64,000 nucleotides of DNA, taken from positions 16,246,001-16,310,000 of the forward strand of contig NC_058369.1 in the NCBI RefSeq assembly GCF_018350175.1, in the 5' to 3' direction. The notes below the pieces were generated by a model. That model searched no databases. It was not told the DNA's origin and worked only from the letters and a program-made list of their open reading frames with translations. How positions within the stretch are numbered: position 1 is the first letter of the stretch; each line of letters opens with the position of its first letter. The position numbers and the translations under genes were made by a program. The DNA comes from Felis catus. Its lineage: Eukaryota. Below, piece after piece: positions 1 through 15,000 of the stretch.

Positions 1-65
1 TGGCCTCAATTTCCCCGTATGTCCTCTCCAGCACCTCCAGCTTCTCGCGGGGGTCCACCGTGGTG
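1..65 (-). CDS. ALS2CL: ALS2CL coding exon, partial (TTVDPREKLEVLERTYGEIEA..., VPS9 region)
   Basis: Acceptor ccacag| at 66; in phase with the exon at 174-235; runs off the window. Confidence 0.9.
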
Positions 66-3000
66 CTGTGGCAGGGTAGCGGGCTCCAGATCGAGGCCCC
101 TGGGTTCAGTCCCCACCAGGGGCCCCATCACTCCCGCCTCTGGTCCCCCACCCTCCCCAGGGCGCAGACTCACATGATCTTCTGCAGACACTCAGTGGCT
201 GACAGGAAGCACTTGTCCCTGACCAGGGAGAGTCTCTGCATGGTGGGGGGTGGGGGGGGAGCACAGGTTGGATGAGGCCACGGTCCGCCCCCCAGCTCCG
301 TCCCTCTGGCCCTCCCGGGGCTGGAGCTCTTGCCGCCCACCTTTCCCCATCACTGGCTCCAGCACAGCCCCGCCCAGAAGCTCGAGTGACCCAGGGTAAG
401 TCACAGCTCCACCGTGAGCCTCAGTCTACTCAACTGTGAAGTGGGATAAATGGTCTCCAGGAGGTTGGGGGGACCAAAATGGATAGAGAAGATAATGATT
501 CCAATAGCCGATAGTCACTGGGTCCCTATGGGTACCTATTTCGGTGGCCCCCGGACCCAAGGGCTTGTTGAAACACAAAGAGGCCTGAGCAAACCGTGGG
601 GGGCCCAGCTCAGGGTTCAGGCCTCCCCCCTACCTGGGGCAGCTAACGGACCCACCTTCTCACCTGATTGGTTGTCAGCGTGAGGTCCTTGAGGGGCCAC
701 AGGTGCCTGAAATTAAACAAGTATGACACGGAGCCTCTGCCAGACGGAGGGGGCGGGGTCTGAGGTCAGAGGGCAAACCCCCATATACCGTGTCCCGTAG
801 CAGGACTGAGCGCAGGAAAGGGGTCTGCAATGGCACCCTGGAGCTCCCGCATGGAGACCAAGGCAAGGGAGGCTGGGACAGATCCCTGGAGAAGACGGCC
901 CCCCTGAAACTTGGATAGGGGTGAGGGGCAGCGCTGTGGGCCAAGGGACCCTATGAGCGAAGTCCCAGGGGTTGGGCCAGACAGAGAATGACAGCAGAAG
1001 AGACTGTTCTGGAGGCTCGGTGAGCCAGTGCAGGCTGGTGAACAGGGAGGGATGTGGGTGCCATGCAGGGCAGCACAGGGCAAGGACTTGGGGAAACAAT
1101 GGAGCAGGGAGGCCAGCATGGAGGAAGCAGCACAGAGGCAGCAGCAAGAGTTGGGGAGGAAGGAAGCTTGGGAAGCGGTTGGCAACCAGGTGTCTGGGCT
1201 GGTGACCAGTCAGGTGCAGGAGACATTCACGATGAAAGGGGAAACAGGGTTTTGGAGGGGGTGGGTGGGAAACACCATCGCGGTGTGACAAGGGAGACCA
1301 GGTGTGGAAGGAGAGGTCCCATGCCCCCCATTGGGCAGGCGGTCACTCATAGTATCGACGGATGAGAAGGGGCACTGAGGGTAGAAGGGACCTGCTCCCA
1401 GAACAGTCCTCAGTTTCCCCTTGAGGATCTCCCTTCCCCCCACTCTCAGTCCAGCTGCTGGGAGCAGGACGCCTGCCCCAGCCCCAGTGGCAGACATTGA
1501 GGCAGGCTGGCCGCTGTGGGCCACAGCCAGCATTTAGGGGCGGGCTCCAGACCCCAGCCAAGCCAGTGAGGGACAGCTCCCGGCTGGAGCTGGGAAGGGG
1601 ACACCAGCTCCCTGGGGCACGGTGTGGGGACTGAGCTGGTAGAGTATAAACCTTGAATGGCTGGTACCCTGTGTTTCACCATCAATGGGAGCCAGAGATA
1701 CATCAAAAGAGACGGTGTTTCCCTTCACCGTGAGGTTAAATAGCTAGATCCAGCCACACCTGAAACCCACCACACCAGCATAATCCTAGAACTTCATGGG
1801 CACCCGAGCCAATTAGCACCACCCCCTTTTTTGCTAAAGACAATGTGAACTGCATTTCGTATCCTGTGTACATGGGGGCCCTGGCAAACATGGCAAGGAG
1901 GGAAGGCTTACTTCTGCACATCCAGGAACTCAAGCAGCTTGGTGTCGGGGAAGAGGCTCAGATGGGCAATGCCCTGGCTGTAGAGACCGTCCTCCCTCTC
2001 ATGGAGAAGCAGGTAGAGCGTGAAGAGCTCCGAGTAGAAGCTGGGCAGTATAAGGGGCAGCACCAATCCGTGCACCTGCACGTCCCTGAGTGAAAGTGGT
2101 CAGGACAGGTTGGGGCCAGCAGGGTGGGAGCCTAGGGGGTAGGGACCCCTACTTGGGCTGCCCCTCAAAAAGCCCACAGAGCCCCTTGTCCCCCAACAAA
2201 GTGTCCCTGCCCCCTCCATTCTCTAGAAAGCCCTTCCTAAGTCTGTTCTTGGTCATTCCTTCATTCGGTTGAAATCTGGGGCCTCCTGATTCTCTCATTT
2301 GACTCACAACCAAAATGGCAAGTGGGGTGGGATTTGATCCCCATTCGACTGAAAGCAAAACCTGGGCCCTGGACAGACAAGGGACTTGCGGCAAAGCACT
2401 CAGCCGTCATTCCAGGCTAGTCCAGTTCTGCCGCCTGGTTTTCTAGGCTTCCTAGGACTCCAGAGGGGAAGTTCTACCCAACGTCTAGCCCCGTTTCCCA
2501 CGCATCCTGCAGTGCAGTGACAGGCCTCCCTGATCAGGATCTCTCGGCCTGAAACCTAAAGGCAGAACGGGAAGGTGTGGTCTTGGGGGACTAAGGAGAC
2601 AGGCTTAATGACGCAACTCCCACTCTGCACGACCTCGGGCTCAGCCCCTGCCAGGCCTGTCTCCCCATCTGTGTGCAGGGAGGAGGGTGCCCGGCGCAGC
2701 TGCTCACCCCCTGCACACCCAAGAGATGAGCCTGGGATGGCACGTCCCGAACAAAGATGCATTTGATGCATTGTGGCGGGGCCTCCTCCCAGGTCGCTCA
2801 AGGAGCAGAGGTCGTGGGTCATTCTGATCTTCGTGGGCAATGAACAATGCGTGGTCGATAGCATGAGCCCTGAGATTTCCCCAGAAGCCCCCCCTCCCCC
2901 TATCCTCTGAAGGAGGTTCCAGAGGCTTCCCTGAACCTAGCCCCAGGGGAGCAATCACCTTGTCTCTGTATCTTCGTCTTCCTCTGGAGCCTGGCCCTTG

Positions 3001-6000
3001 CGCTGTAAGGCCACCTGCAGCAGACCCCTGCAAACCAACGACAGGGAGAGCTGGGCTGCCACCTCCCACGGAACCCGAGTCCCCAAAGGACAGGGCAGCG
3101 GGCTCTGCATCCGCCCCCACCACCAGAGCCGTGGAGCGTGAGGCCCAGAGCCCCGGCTCCCAAGCCTCTGCAGTTAAGAAGCTGGGAATACAGGGCGTCA
3201 GCCTGACAGCGCTGGAACCCCAAAAGAGAAGGAACTACAGCATCTAGGGCCCCCATCTGTGACGTTAGATGGGGTCTGAGTCCAGAGTCAGGCTCAGCCT
3301 GCAGGGGGCTGGAGCTCCCCTGGGGTCAGGGGTCAGCTCAGGGCCCGTCGAGGCTCCGACTCTGGCTCCAGGAAGTCCGTGCTATAATCTCCCTGCCTTC
3401 TAACCCCTTTGCTCGGCCTCCGGCTCTTTCTCAATCCAAAGGCACCGTTCCTGCCCAGGGGGCTAGGCAGAGCACCTGACATCCGGGAAGAGCAGAGCTC
3501 TACCTCTACAGGGCTGTGGCTGTCCCCAACAGGCCACCGAGCTCACCTGTAGGCAGCCCAGAGTTCCCGGGCATGCTGCTTCACCTCCTCCTGGGCCAGC
3601 GCCTGCAGGTGCTTGTTGGCCCCGATGCCGGCATACGTGGCCTGGAAGGTCAGCATCAGCGTCCGGAGCAGCTTTCCCAGGGGGTGCAGCGAGTTGCTCA
3701 GAGCCTGGCAGGTGCCAAGGCAACAAAGAGGTGACCGGGGCCAGGGGCTGGAGCCCCGACAAGACTCCCAAGACTGCTCCCGTTTCACAGATGAGAACAC
3801 TGAGGCCCCCTGAGCAGAAAGGGTCCCCGGGCTGGCCCCTCAGGCCAGCACCAGGGGCAGTGAGGAGGCCCCCTCCCCACAGGCCCCCCTGCCCGAGGGC
3901 CCTCACCTTCCTGAGGCACTGCCGCAGGGCTCTGGGCTCCCGGTGCTGCAGCAGCTCATCCAGGACGTCTTCCATTCTGCCCGCGCGGTCCTCGGGCTGG
4001 GTCCTGGGGCACCGCGCACACACATCTCTCACCCACACCTGGGTCCTGGCCTGCCCCCTCCAGGAAGCCTTCCTCCCCAGCCCACGCGGGAGTCCCACAG
4101 ACCCCCAACCCCGGCCCTCCGGATGCCCCGCTGGGCGCACGCGTGCCTACACTCACGCACACGCCCGCGCCTCACCTCTCGCAGCACAGGTACTCCTGGG
4201 ACTTGCGAAGGTCCCTCGAGTTCTGTACGTGGAAGCCCAGCAGGGCCTCCTGCAAGTCCCCAGGGCAGCCGGCTCTAACGAAGTCCCGGAAGGGGCCGTA
4301 GACGCCCTGCCAGCGGCTCTCCGCGGGGAAGGCGCCCACACCTAGCTGCCTGTGATGGAGGTGGCGGAGGGTGGGAGGCAGGGATTGGAGCTGCGGTGGG
4401 CAGGACCCCGTCCGGGCCCTCGGGGAGAGGGGGATGTCCCACCTGGCCTAGAGTCGGAGCCCAGGAACGGGGGGGGGCAGACTGGGAGGGCTGACCTCCA
4501 AGGCTCCAGGGAAAGAAAGGAGAGGCAGAGAGAGGGACAGAAAGAATCTGCTCCCCGGTGGAGAAGAGAGAAAGGGACACACAGGGCCCTGGAAAGGAGA
4601 CAGAAAGATCTGAAGAGCTGGAGGCCAAGTCCAACAGCAACGTCTGGCCCTAAGAGCTAACGGGCCCAAAGTCCAGGATCCCCCTGCCTTGAGACCCCGC
4701 TCTCCCTCCCACCCAACCTGGTTCCTTCCTGAGCTTGGTCTTATCTCGGCCAACGGGCCCGGGGGTCTGGCTGCATGTGCCCCGTGGAGCGCTGCCCTCC
4801 CACATCACGCTCACAGATTTGCCTATACCTGCACCCCACCCAGGCTTGGTCAGGCCTCTGGGGTTTGCTGTCTACTCCCAGGTCCTGCTGTCAGGGAGAA
4901 GAAGCGAGCAAAGAGGAAGGGTCTAGTAATCAACTCTTCTCCCCCCCCCTCCCCCCCCACCCCCACATCTGAAATGCTGTCTGTGATCCGCACCTTGACA
5001 GACACAGCAAGAGTCGCCACTTGAACTACGGTTCCCCAAGGAAGAACTCTGTCTCCATGGGAAGAAGTCTATCCTCTTCTCAAATACCCCATGAGAGTGA
5101 CAGTAAGTCCACTTAGCAAGTTTCCTTCTTCACCTTGGCTACCAGGGAACTCAGAGCCAGGTTCATGCTCAGCCATAACCACTGTGAGGCCTATCTGTAT
5201 GTTTCTTTCCTTGAAGTCCAACTCGCACTTTTATTTTCCATTTTATTCTTGTCTACGTGTGTTATTTTACACACCGTCTTGTACCCTTCCCAGAAAAAAA
5301 GCAGGGTGGAAGCAAAGCCTGTGCCTAATATTTTTCTCCGGTTTTGTGGTGTACGAAGTTAGGCCATAGCCCTTGATTCCGAGAGTCTCTGACTTGAGGG
5401 CCGTGTGACCTGGGCCCTCGGAACTGAACAAAGAACGAAGAGAACATACAGAAAAGGCCCTCTGACGAGACCTGAGCCCTTGGGGTGGAAACAGACACAC
5501 ACAGACACACCCCAGTCAGGCTCCAGAATGCACGGGCCGGGCGGCCAGGCTCTTACCTCTTACGGGTGCCACTTGGTTCTGGAGGGAGGGCGGCCGTGTC
5601 CAGCAGGCCCTGGGTATGCAGCCCTCCTCCTGGCCCGCTGCCAAAAGAGCCCTCCAGGGTGAAGCCATTGGGGAAGGTGACCTTGCCCTGCAGCCAGGGA
5701 AGGAGACAAGGTCTGTCCGTCCAGCTGCCTTCCCATCCAATCATGACAGGCCTCCTGCTTGTCCATCCTCGGTCACAGAAGCTAGCGTCTGGTGGGTGCC
5801 CTTCCCACCATCCGTTCACTCTGCCCCACCCTGAGGGGCTCCTAATCCCCTCACCTTAGAAGCCCCTGACCTAGAGCTGTGCCAACGGCCCAAGGGCTCA
5901 CCTCAGGTGGGAGACTGGCAGGGAGAGAGAAAGGGACTCTCAGGTCACAGCAGGAGAGCCACTACTGGAGGACTTGGTGGCGGGGGACGGGGGGAGGAGG

Positions 6001-9000
6001 TAAGTCCAGAAGTAGGAAGAGGCCTAGGCAAGGCCTGAGGGCCTGCTGGCCCTGGGAGGGACAGTCCCTGCCTCATGAGTGTCCCATTCATAGCACTCGG
6101 GGCCCACCCATTAGATGCCTTAGTGCCCTCCAGTCACCAGGAGACTGAAACAGCCCCACATTCCCAAAGGCCCAAGCAGGGACCCAATTGCCTTCTGCTG
6201 GGTCAGCCCAGGCAGGAACATTCTGAAGGACACTAACTCCAAGGCGCCAGTGCTGGTGGAGGGGGTGGATTCCCAACGAGGGGCCTGTAGGGAGACACGG
6301 CCAGGCCGCCAGCACCCTGTGCACCAAGGCAAACCCACCTGTCCCCTCTTGACTCTGACCAGGGTTCGAAGTCCACTTCCACGGCAGGGGGTCACTGTGC
6401 CCACCCTCTGGACGCAGTGGACATGGGAGAGGCACGTCCCTACCTTCACCCACCGCCCACACCCTCAGCCCTGGGTCCAAGTGGGGAGATTACAGGTTCC
6501 AGCCAAGGCTTGACCAGGAGGGGATAGGTCTCAGTGGCCCTCACCTTCCCCACAAGGGTCAGGTCCCTGGTGAAGGTGCCCTCATACAAGGAGTCGTCTT
6601 CAGAGAGGAGGATCCCTGGGCCCTAGGGAAGGAAGCCGGAGAGAGTCAAAGCAGTCAGTTAGGAAGGGCCAGGAGATGGGGCCTAGGGAGGGGCCAGCAG
6701 GAGGAGAGGAGGCAGGCATCAACCCGGGTCCTGAGCCCTGTCACACCTCCCAGGACCGTGCCTAGGTGGGATGCCAGCCCTTGGCCTGCTAAGCCCTGAG
6801 CACCCGTTCCGTGGACCTCATCCCTGGGTTATCCTGAATGACTCCCTGGGACCTGGCTCCTCCTTTCCAGTGGCTTCTCTCAGGAGGCCTCCTGGGTGAC
6901 CTCCCTTCCCCACCCACAGCTCAAGAAGCCCTGGGCTTCTCCTCACCCATCCCCACTTCCCTATCACTGACCCAGGGGGCACAGTGGAACCAACCAGGCT
7001 TCCTTGTGGCATTGGCCGCCAGGAAGCTCAGAGCCAAACAGGATCCAATTTGTGTCCTATCTGAATCTATTTTGTGTCCATTCTTATCTTATTGTCCCCC
7101 TTCAATCCTTCCCCCATAAACAAATGCACAAGCCATAATAACAGTAACAGTCACCAGGCCAGACATGGAACAGAGCACCTGGCAGGGTGTGAGTGAGGCA
7201 GGAGGCAAGGGCTGGTGTGCCCGGGCTCAGGAGACCTGGTGACACTAGGCAGGTTCTCTGACTTCTCTGAGCCTCACATCTGTCAGTCATACACTGGGGA
7301 CGATGACACGATCCGCGGGACCACGGGGAGGATCCCACGAGATGGTGCTGGGAGGCTGAACCCAGAGCTGGGTATCCAGTTAGGAGTCTATCAATGTCAG
7401 TTGCAGTGACTGCTGGCATCATCCTCACCATGCACCTCATTCTTGCTGATTTCACTGTGCTTATAGTAAGTAGTCAACCTGAGGTGCTGATGGGGAAACC
7501 GAGACGGGAGGGGCAGGGACTGAGAGGTTCTGTCTCCCTCTAGCACCTAGGAACCCAGCTTCCGCCCCATCCAGCGCCGCCCAGCCTCTGCTTAGCATCC
7601 GGACCCTCAGAGCCGGGGGTTCAGCCCCAGTGCAAGGAAAGGGTGGCTCAGGATACACGCGGGTCACCCCACTCACCACCATCTTGTCCGCCTGGAAGGT
7701 GCCCTGGTAGCAGACACCTGCCTGGGTGACCATGACCCCTGGGCCATGGCGCTGGTCAGCCTGCCACATGCCAATATAGCGCTCACCCCTGGGGGAGGAG
7801 CCAGAGTTGGATCAGAGTCGTTCCTGGGCACTTTTAAGCTGGCAGGGCTGGGGTCAGGGGGTGAGGGTGGTGAGCGGATAAGGAGCAGTGATATCGCCTG
7901 AATCTACTCAACTCAGACATGGGGCAAGTGAGGTCAGGACCTCCAAGAGAAACAGAAAATGGGGGAGGGAGGGAGCCTGCCTGCGGGGCGGGGCGGGGGG
8001 GGGGTATCCTGGCAGGCTTCCTGGGGCGAGGTGGCAGGAAGGGTGATGGAATGCAGAGTCACGGAGGTAGGAGCCTACAACAGGTACGACAGGTACAAGG
8101 GGACATTCAGTGGTCTAGAAGGCTGGTCTAGGGGGGCACGCAGGCAGCACGGCAGGGGTGAGGTCAGAGAGACAGGCAAGCCTCAAATACAAGGCCAAGG
8201 ACCCCGGGCTTCCTCTCACAGCCCAGAGAGCCTGGACGGGCTGTGATCCCTACACGGGACTAGACTGGGGGGTCAGAAAGTCCTCCTGGACAGCGCGAGG
8301 AAGGGCCAGTCTGGGAGGCTCCTTAATCAAGGAGGTCAGGGCTCCCTCATCCTGAGCCTCAGCAACAACCAAGGCCACGGAAAGGAAGTGAGTGACTGCA
8401 GAGAGACTCTGAGGGGGCAAACGGACGGGACGCACTGACCACAGGACCCACGCCCTGCTCAGTCTGGTGTGTGGGGGTCTCCTGAGCCCCCTGACCCTGC
8501 GGGGGGCGGCCGTGGAACGCTCACCTGTCACCATCCTCCTCGATGCCGTAGCCGCTCTTCTGGCCCCTCTCCCAGTGGCCCGTGTACTTGCAGGGCTGCG
8601 GGGCCTGTGGGGGGCTCTCAAGGACCCCGAATCCGTGCCGCAGGCCCGCCTGGAAGTAGCCTTTGTACACCTCGTCAGTGCTGTACCTGCAGAGGGTCAC
8701 CAACAGCTGGCCCTGCCTCCCGGAGCTCGGCCCAGGGGACGTGCCCGCCCCAAGAGCCCCCCTTGCCATGGCGCCGAGGGTCACTTACTCACAGATGCCG
8801 TAGCCACACATGCTGCCTTCCCACCAGTGGCACTTGTAACAGTCAAACTTGTCCTCGGAGGCCTGGGGCACCAGGCGGATGCCGAAGCTGTCAGTGTGGG
8901 TGCGTGGAGGGGGCGGTCAGCACCAGGCTACCACCTTGACCAGGACACCCCGTGACACCCCTCCCTGCCACCAGAAGCGTCCCCGCCTCCAAGGGGCCTT

Positions 9001-12000
9001 CTCAGACAAGGAGGAGAATCGCCCAGGTGCTCAGCCGTCTGTTCTTCCCAAGAGCCACTCTGAGGACGCCTCCCCCTGTCCCGCCCCCCTGTGCATCCTG
9101 GGAGCACCTTCCGGTCCTGACCACTCCTTCCAATGACCCACCCCTCCTCGGGGCTTTGGTTTCCCGAAGTGCAATAAGGGGAACTGGACCAAATGGCCTT
9201 AAGTTCCTGCTTGAGGTTCGGGGATTTAGGATGGGGCCAGGCTGGTGACGGTGGCGGGGGTGAAAACCACTCCCCCGCCCGCCACATTCTCCCGCATCAG
9301 CCCCAGCCTTACCCGTGCTCCAGGCCCTGGCAAAAATTCCCCACGTGATTCCGGCCATCTGGCCACTTCAGGGTGCCCCTGGAAGACAGTTGAAGGGCAC
9401 ACACATCAGGCCCACTCGACCCGTCCTTCAACACGCACACAGCCCCCAGCTGACCTCCACCACAGACACTCTCAGAGCCCTAGCTCCCCCAGACTGGATT
9501 CCCTGCCCCCACCCAGCCCTTCTCTCTGAGCTCCATGACCCACAGGGGGCTCTCAGTCCTTCTCGACTCCAGGCACAACTAGCCCAGCAGCCTCAGGCAC
9601 ACTCACCACACCCCACAGGGAAAGCTCTGGAAACATCCAGGTTCCCTTTTTCCCTTGACCAACGGGAAGCTCAGAGCTAAACTTCAAGCTTAAGTCAAGC
9701 GCTAGCCAGTGGCTTCTAGCATCCTCCTCCCCTCTTCTGACACGGCATTGTTTTTTCTGTTTTTTTTTTTTTGTTGTTCATTTGCTTCCTCAAGTCCTTT
9801 CTGGAAGCAGGCAAGGTATCAGAAACTAACGTGCTTATGAGCATAACCTTGGCAAGTCCCTTCTGCTTTCGGGGCCCTGGCTTTTCCAGCTGGAGCATAG
9901 GGTGGGACCACAGGGTCTTGAAAAGCCCACCTCCCTGTGACTGAAGCCAGACTCACGCTATAACCTGCCCTGAGGCCTTGGGTAGGTCATGCCAGCCTCT
10001 GGGCCTCCAGAACGGGTGATGACACTCGCCCAGGGGGGTCTTGTAAGGGCTGGGGGAGGCCAGGTATCTGCAAACCATTTCCTCCACCAGACGGTGCTAC
10101 GTGAATATGAGCATTATTCTCCCCCAGCTTCCCGAGAACAGTCAATGCAGCCCTGCAGGCTAGCCGCCTGAAGCCTGTCCCACGCCTTCTGGTGTCATCA
10201 CCCTCACCAAGACTCTACATGGCACAGACCTACTATGGGCCAGGTCCTGTCCAATAGAGCTTAAGAGAGACCGGGGGACAAACAGGCTTGACCAACTGAT
10301 TTGGAGTAACAGCCTTTGGTTCGTGCCCTCGGGTGATTAGGTCCATGTGGGTCCCATCTGTCCTCAGACTCCCACAACGACCCCTGCCTCGCTCGGCCCG
10401 GAGCTCCGGTCACTCACTTGCCATGGGGCCTGCCCCGGCACCACTCGCCCTCGTAGGTGGCCTGGCAGAGCCGACCCTCGGCGCGGAAGGTGTATGCCAC
10501 GCAGCGGCAGGTGGGGGGCTCGGGGGACTCCAGGCCCGCCCCCAGCATGGGGAAGTCCTTCTTCCCACGCAGGGCCTGGCACACAGCCTGAGTCACCTTC
10601 CACTGCCAGACCATCTGGTGGGGACAGGGGAAACACAGGATAGGTCACTGCTGTGGAGGCAGCCCCTCTAGGAAGCTCCAGATAGTACCCCCGCCACGCC
10701 CCTCCCCCTCTGTTCTGTCGTCTGGGGGAAAAGCCAACTAACGGCTCCATGCTGCTCCCTAGGCCCTGCATCAGACCTCGTGTGCAGTTTCGGTGCCTGC
10801 CGGGGGAGCCAGACAGAGCCGCGGGGCAGGCCCCCGCAAAGGCCCCAATCCCGGCTTCACAGGGCCAAGTACCCTGTTCTCCACGGCGCTCTGAGGCCCG
10901 ACCCAGGCTGACCGCCGACTCGCTGTGGCCATGGTCCCAGAGCCTCCGGGGGGGGGGGGGGGGTACACCTGTGCCCTCCCCCTGCCCTCCTGCTGCCTTC
11001 CCTCACTCCTCTGGCCCCGCCCCGCCCCGATTCACAACCCACCCACACTCACCCGGCCCTGGGGGTCCTTGGAGCAAAAGGAGACCTCTTCCTCAGGTGT
11101 GAGGAGATCAAACGTGCACCTAGACAGATGGAGGTGACGAGTAGGCCCCAGCTCCGTTCCGGAGGGTGTTCCGGGAGGCCCAAGCCCTGGGGTGCGGGCG
11201 GTGTCGGGTAGGTGGAGGGAGAGAAAGCCTGGGGTGTGATTGGAGGGGGCCGCTCACCCGTCCTGCCCAGGATCCACCCACACCAGCTTCAGATCAAAGG
11301 TGTGGACGCTGTGGCCCTGGAAGGAGATGGGGCACTGGTGTCACCCAGGGCCCAGACCAGACGCTCCCCTCCTGCTCTGGGCCAGTTGTGCTCCAGGCAC
11401 CAACCTGCTGCCACGCGGCCGGGCGTCCCCAGGCTACTCAGTCCAGCTCGCCCAGCCTGCTCCCCATCTCCCTTCCCATCCAAGGGCCTGGCTGGGAACC
11501 CTGGAGCAGCCCCTCCCTCGCCTCCGGCTCCATCCATGACCCTGTGCTGCTCCTTCTATCTGGACCGCCATCCCTGCTCGGAGAGTTGACCCACGCCCCT
11601 TCCTCTACAAGATTGCATGCAGCGACCTCCTGCCTGACCTAGGTCACTGCCTCACCGCCGCAGGGGGAGGAGGCACCAGGCCCAGGCCCGAAGGGCAGGA
11701 GGAGTGTGCCAGACACAGGCAGGGATAAGAGTGGGCCTGGTACAGGACATGCAAAGGTCCAGAGGTAGGAAAGGGCACAGAGCACTGAAGTATCTCATCG
11801 GTGTACCTGGGGCACAGAGTGGAGAGGAGCTCAAAGTGAACCAGATTTCAGGAGATACAGGTTTAGACAGGGCAAGTAGCAGCCCCCCCCTCCCCCCAGG
11901 CCTCGGCCTCCCAGTCTGCAGGGGAGCCCCAGCCTGGCATTCTGAGGGGACAGAGAAGACAGCGCCATGGCTATCACAAGGGCCATATGACTTCAAGGGT

Positions 12001-15000
12001 GGGGGATACTACAGGCCAGGAAACAATCCCAAACCCGAGCCCTGGCTCCCCCCTGACTTCTGCAACGTCCAGAGCCCAGGCCCTGGTTCTACACAGTACT
12101 TTTTTCTAGAAGCCTCGTGTGTGCCTGGATCCATCCAGCCCTCCTCAGTCACCAAGGGCCACCCCTGACCTCCCATCTGGGGCTCCCCTCCTAAGTAAGG
12201 AAGAGAAAGAACCAAGAGTTGTCCGGCTCCTGCTGAAGACCAACTCACTCACAAGTGTCCCGTTTTCCAGATGAGGAAACCGAGGTACAGATGGTTAGCA
12301 GCGATGGCAGCCGGGACTGGGACGCACTTCGCGCGGCCTTGCCCGATAGCTCACCCTGCTCCAGGGATGGCGGGGCCTGCCGCCCCCCACCCCCAGCAAT
12401 GACTGCCTCTCGGCCCCCATCACCTCCCCAAGTTCTCGCTCCCCACTCCTTTCTCAGCCAGGCCCCCGACCCCCGCTGCGGCCCCAGGACCTCTGGTCAG
12501 CCCCACCCCAACCTGCAGCAAGACCAGGGCATCATCGAAGAGCAGCACGCGCTCCGCCCGTAGCGGGGTGACCGTCACAGGTATGTCCTGGCTGTCTTGC
12601 AGGAGTCTGCGAGCAGGGGTGCAGAGCACATCCTGGGGAGGAGGGCGGGGAGGCACAGGGCTCAGGCGCCCCTGTCCCCCACTCTAACCATCTCCCGGAG
12701 GCCCCCAGCTCTGTGACGACAGTGGGGCTCCAAGGTCTGGAGGGGGTGGGGGCAGCAAACTTGTCTCAGAGCTTCGCTTTGAGGCCCGTCCCACCTCGAG
12801 CCACTGCCCCCGCCGAGCCCCCCACAACACTCACCGGGGCTCTGCGGTCCCTGCCTCTCGCTGGCGATTCTTGTCCCCTTTCTCTGTTCCCCTAATTCTC
12901 TACACTGGGTCCCAGGCCTGCCACACCCTCTCAGGGCACAGGGGGCTCCCCCGCCGACCCCAGTAGGGGCAGTGCGTGCCACAGTGGGTGGTGACATGAG
13001 GACGTGATCGCCAGGTGGCGTCTCAGGAAAGAGTCAGTTCTGACTGCTTTTCCCCAGAGCCGGCTCACGGCCTGGCCCAGGAGGCACTCAGCAAGTGCCT
13101 GAGGACGGCTAGACACACGGACCTCACAGCCACCTGGCCCCTGCCTGATAAGAGTCCCCTTTCCTGACCCGCCCTGAGGCCTCAAACTCACTCTCAGCCG
13201 GCTGCTCAGGGCGTGCCAGAGGGCCTGCGTGGCGGTGGCCTGGTCCAGCGCCTGCCTCATGAAGGACTCTAGGTTCCCAAAGAGGGTGGCCGCGTGCACC
13301 ACCAGCTCCCGAGTGGGGTGACGCTGCAAGGACACAGAGCAGCTGGTGAGTGGGGGACAGGGGTGGGGGTGGGGGGGCCTGTCAGAACCTTCCGCCACCC
13401 TGTGATGGTTGCCCCGGCCCTGGCCTGGCCCCAGCTGGTCAGAAGGTCTGGATCTAAGCCAAAGTTTGTCCTTTTCCCCCTGCCAGCCCTTCCTTGAGGG
13501 AGAGGCCAGCATGAAGGTGCTTCCAGAGGACCACTGGGTGACACACACACCCCCCCCCCAAAGCTGGACCTGGGCCAGGTGTCCTCACACCCAGTACATG
13601 ATTCTCCATCTGCTTCCCGGGTCTCTGCTGGCTCCACTACAGCAGGGCCATGTACCTCAGACATGCCAGGGCAAGGCCATGTCCCTGCGAACCCCCCAGA
13701 ACAGGGCCACGTCCCCAAAAGCATGGCTGTGTCTTTCTCAAGCCAGGGTTCCTGAGTCAGATGGGTCCCCTGAGCCAGGACCGTTCCTCTCCTCCCCCGG
13801 CGTCCCTACAAGTGACAGGCCTATTGAGCAGCACCTGGTCGCCCGACCTCCCTGCTACCTACCTCCCCAACGGTGTCCCCGAGGCTCAGCAGGAGGAGCA
13901 CGTACTGCTGCACGTGATGGGCGAGCGGCTGGCGGAGCGCCTGGACCAGCGTTGTGCCCACGGAGGCCTCTGAGCTCACGCCCGACAGGAGCTGCCGCAG
14001 CGCCTTCCGCTGGCCCCGCCAGTACTCGCTGAGTGGAGGAAGGGCCACACGCCGCCTTCACCCCCTCCTACGTTCTGTCCCTGCCACCATCCCCCACCCA
14101 AACCCAGCTAATGCCCCCAGATCTCAGGAGCAGTCCCAGACCCCAAACCGCTCTCATATCACACGAACACGGTCGCCTGATTGGAGGAGATTCAACGACA
14201 ATATCTCGGGGTGAAGGGATCATCGAGGACAACCATCCACCCTGAACAGGATGGCCCCTCCTTCCCCTTCCCAGGGTCGGCCTTGGCTAGTGGATATCTG
14301 GATTTGGCTCACAGCCTCCATAGACTTCCCCCCCGCCTTCCGGTGTGGATCAGTGTGGAATTGTTAGAACCAGGAGTGTTCAGGATGAGTCATGGGTTGT
14401 GACACGGGCTGCTGTGGCCATGGGACTTCCCCAGCCTTCCCTCCCGGACACCCCCACCGACTCAGAGCCCCCGCAGCACCCTGTGCTCACCTCCTCTTCT
14501 TTGCTGCCTTCTGAAAGGCCTGCACCACCACGCAGCTAGTGTAGGCTTCGATGTACCTACAGACAGCACAGGAGACACCCTGCAGGCCCAGCCCACGGCC
14601 TCAGACCCAAGCCCCTGCCCTTCCGGGGTCCTCGGACCCCACTCACCGAGTCCCCGCAGCCCTGGCCCAACCAGATAATTCTAACTCGGTCTTTCCTCCC
14701 TGGGAGGCCCCAAGGCTCAGGTCTGGGGTGTCTGTGATTGTGCCAGGCTAAGGCCCCAGGCCCTGAGGCTGACCCACCCCAGACCGAACCCAAACCTAAA
14801 CCTGACCCGGGGAGCCCTAGGCCCAGGACGATCCCCCGCCTTCCTCGCCGCCGTACTCTACGTGCACCCGTAGAACGCGGTCGGCGCCGCACAACAACAG
14901 CAGGGATTCCAGCCCGACGGAGTCCTGGTGGCACAGCCTCCTCCTCAGCGAGTGCAGGCTCTCCTCCGTCACCTCCCAGAGCTGCTGGGAGCTCCTGTGT

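Noticed and set aside
8687..8788. ALS2CL introns of 3n length (102 nt here; 108 nt at 66-173) as in-frame retention candidates
   Set aside because: Both put an immediate in-frame stop at the donor (GAG TAA; ATG TGA).
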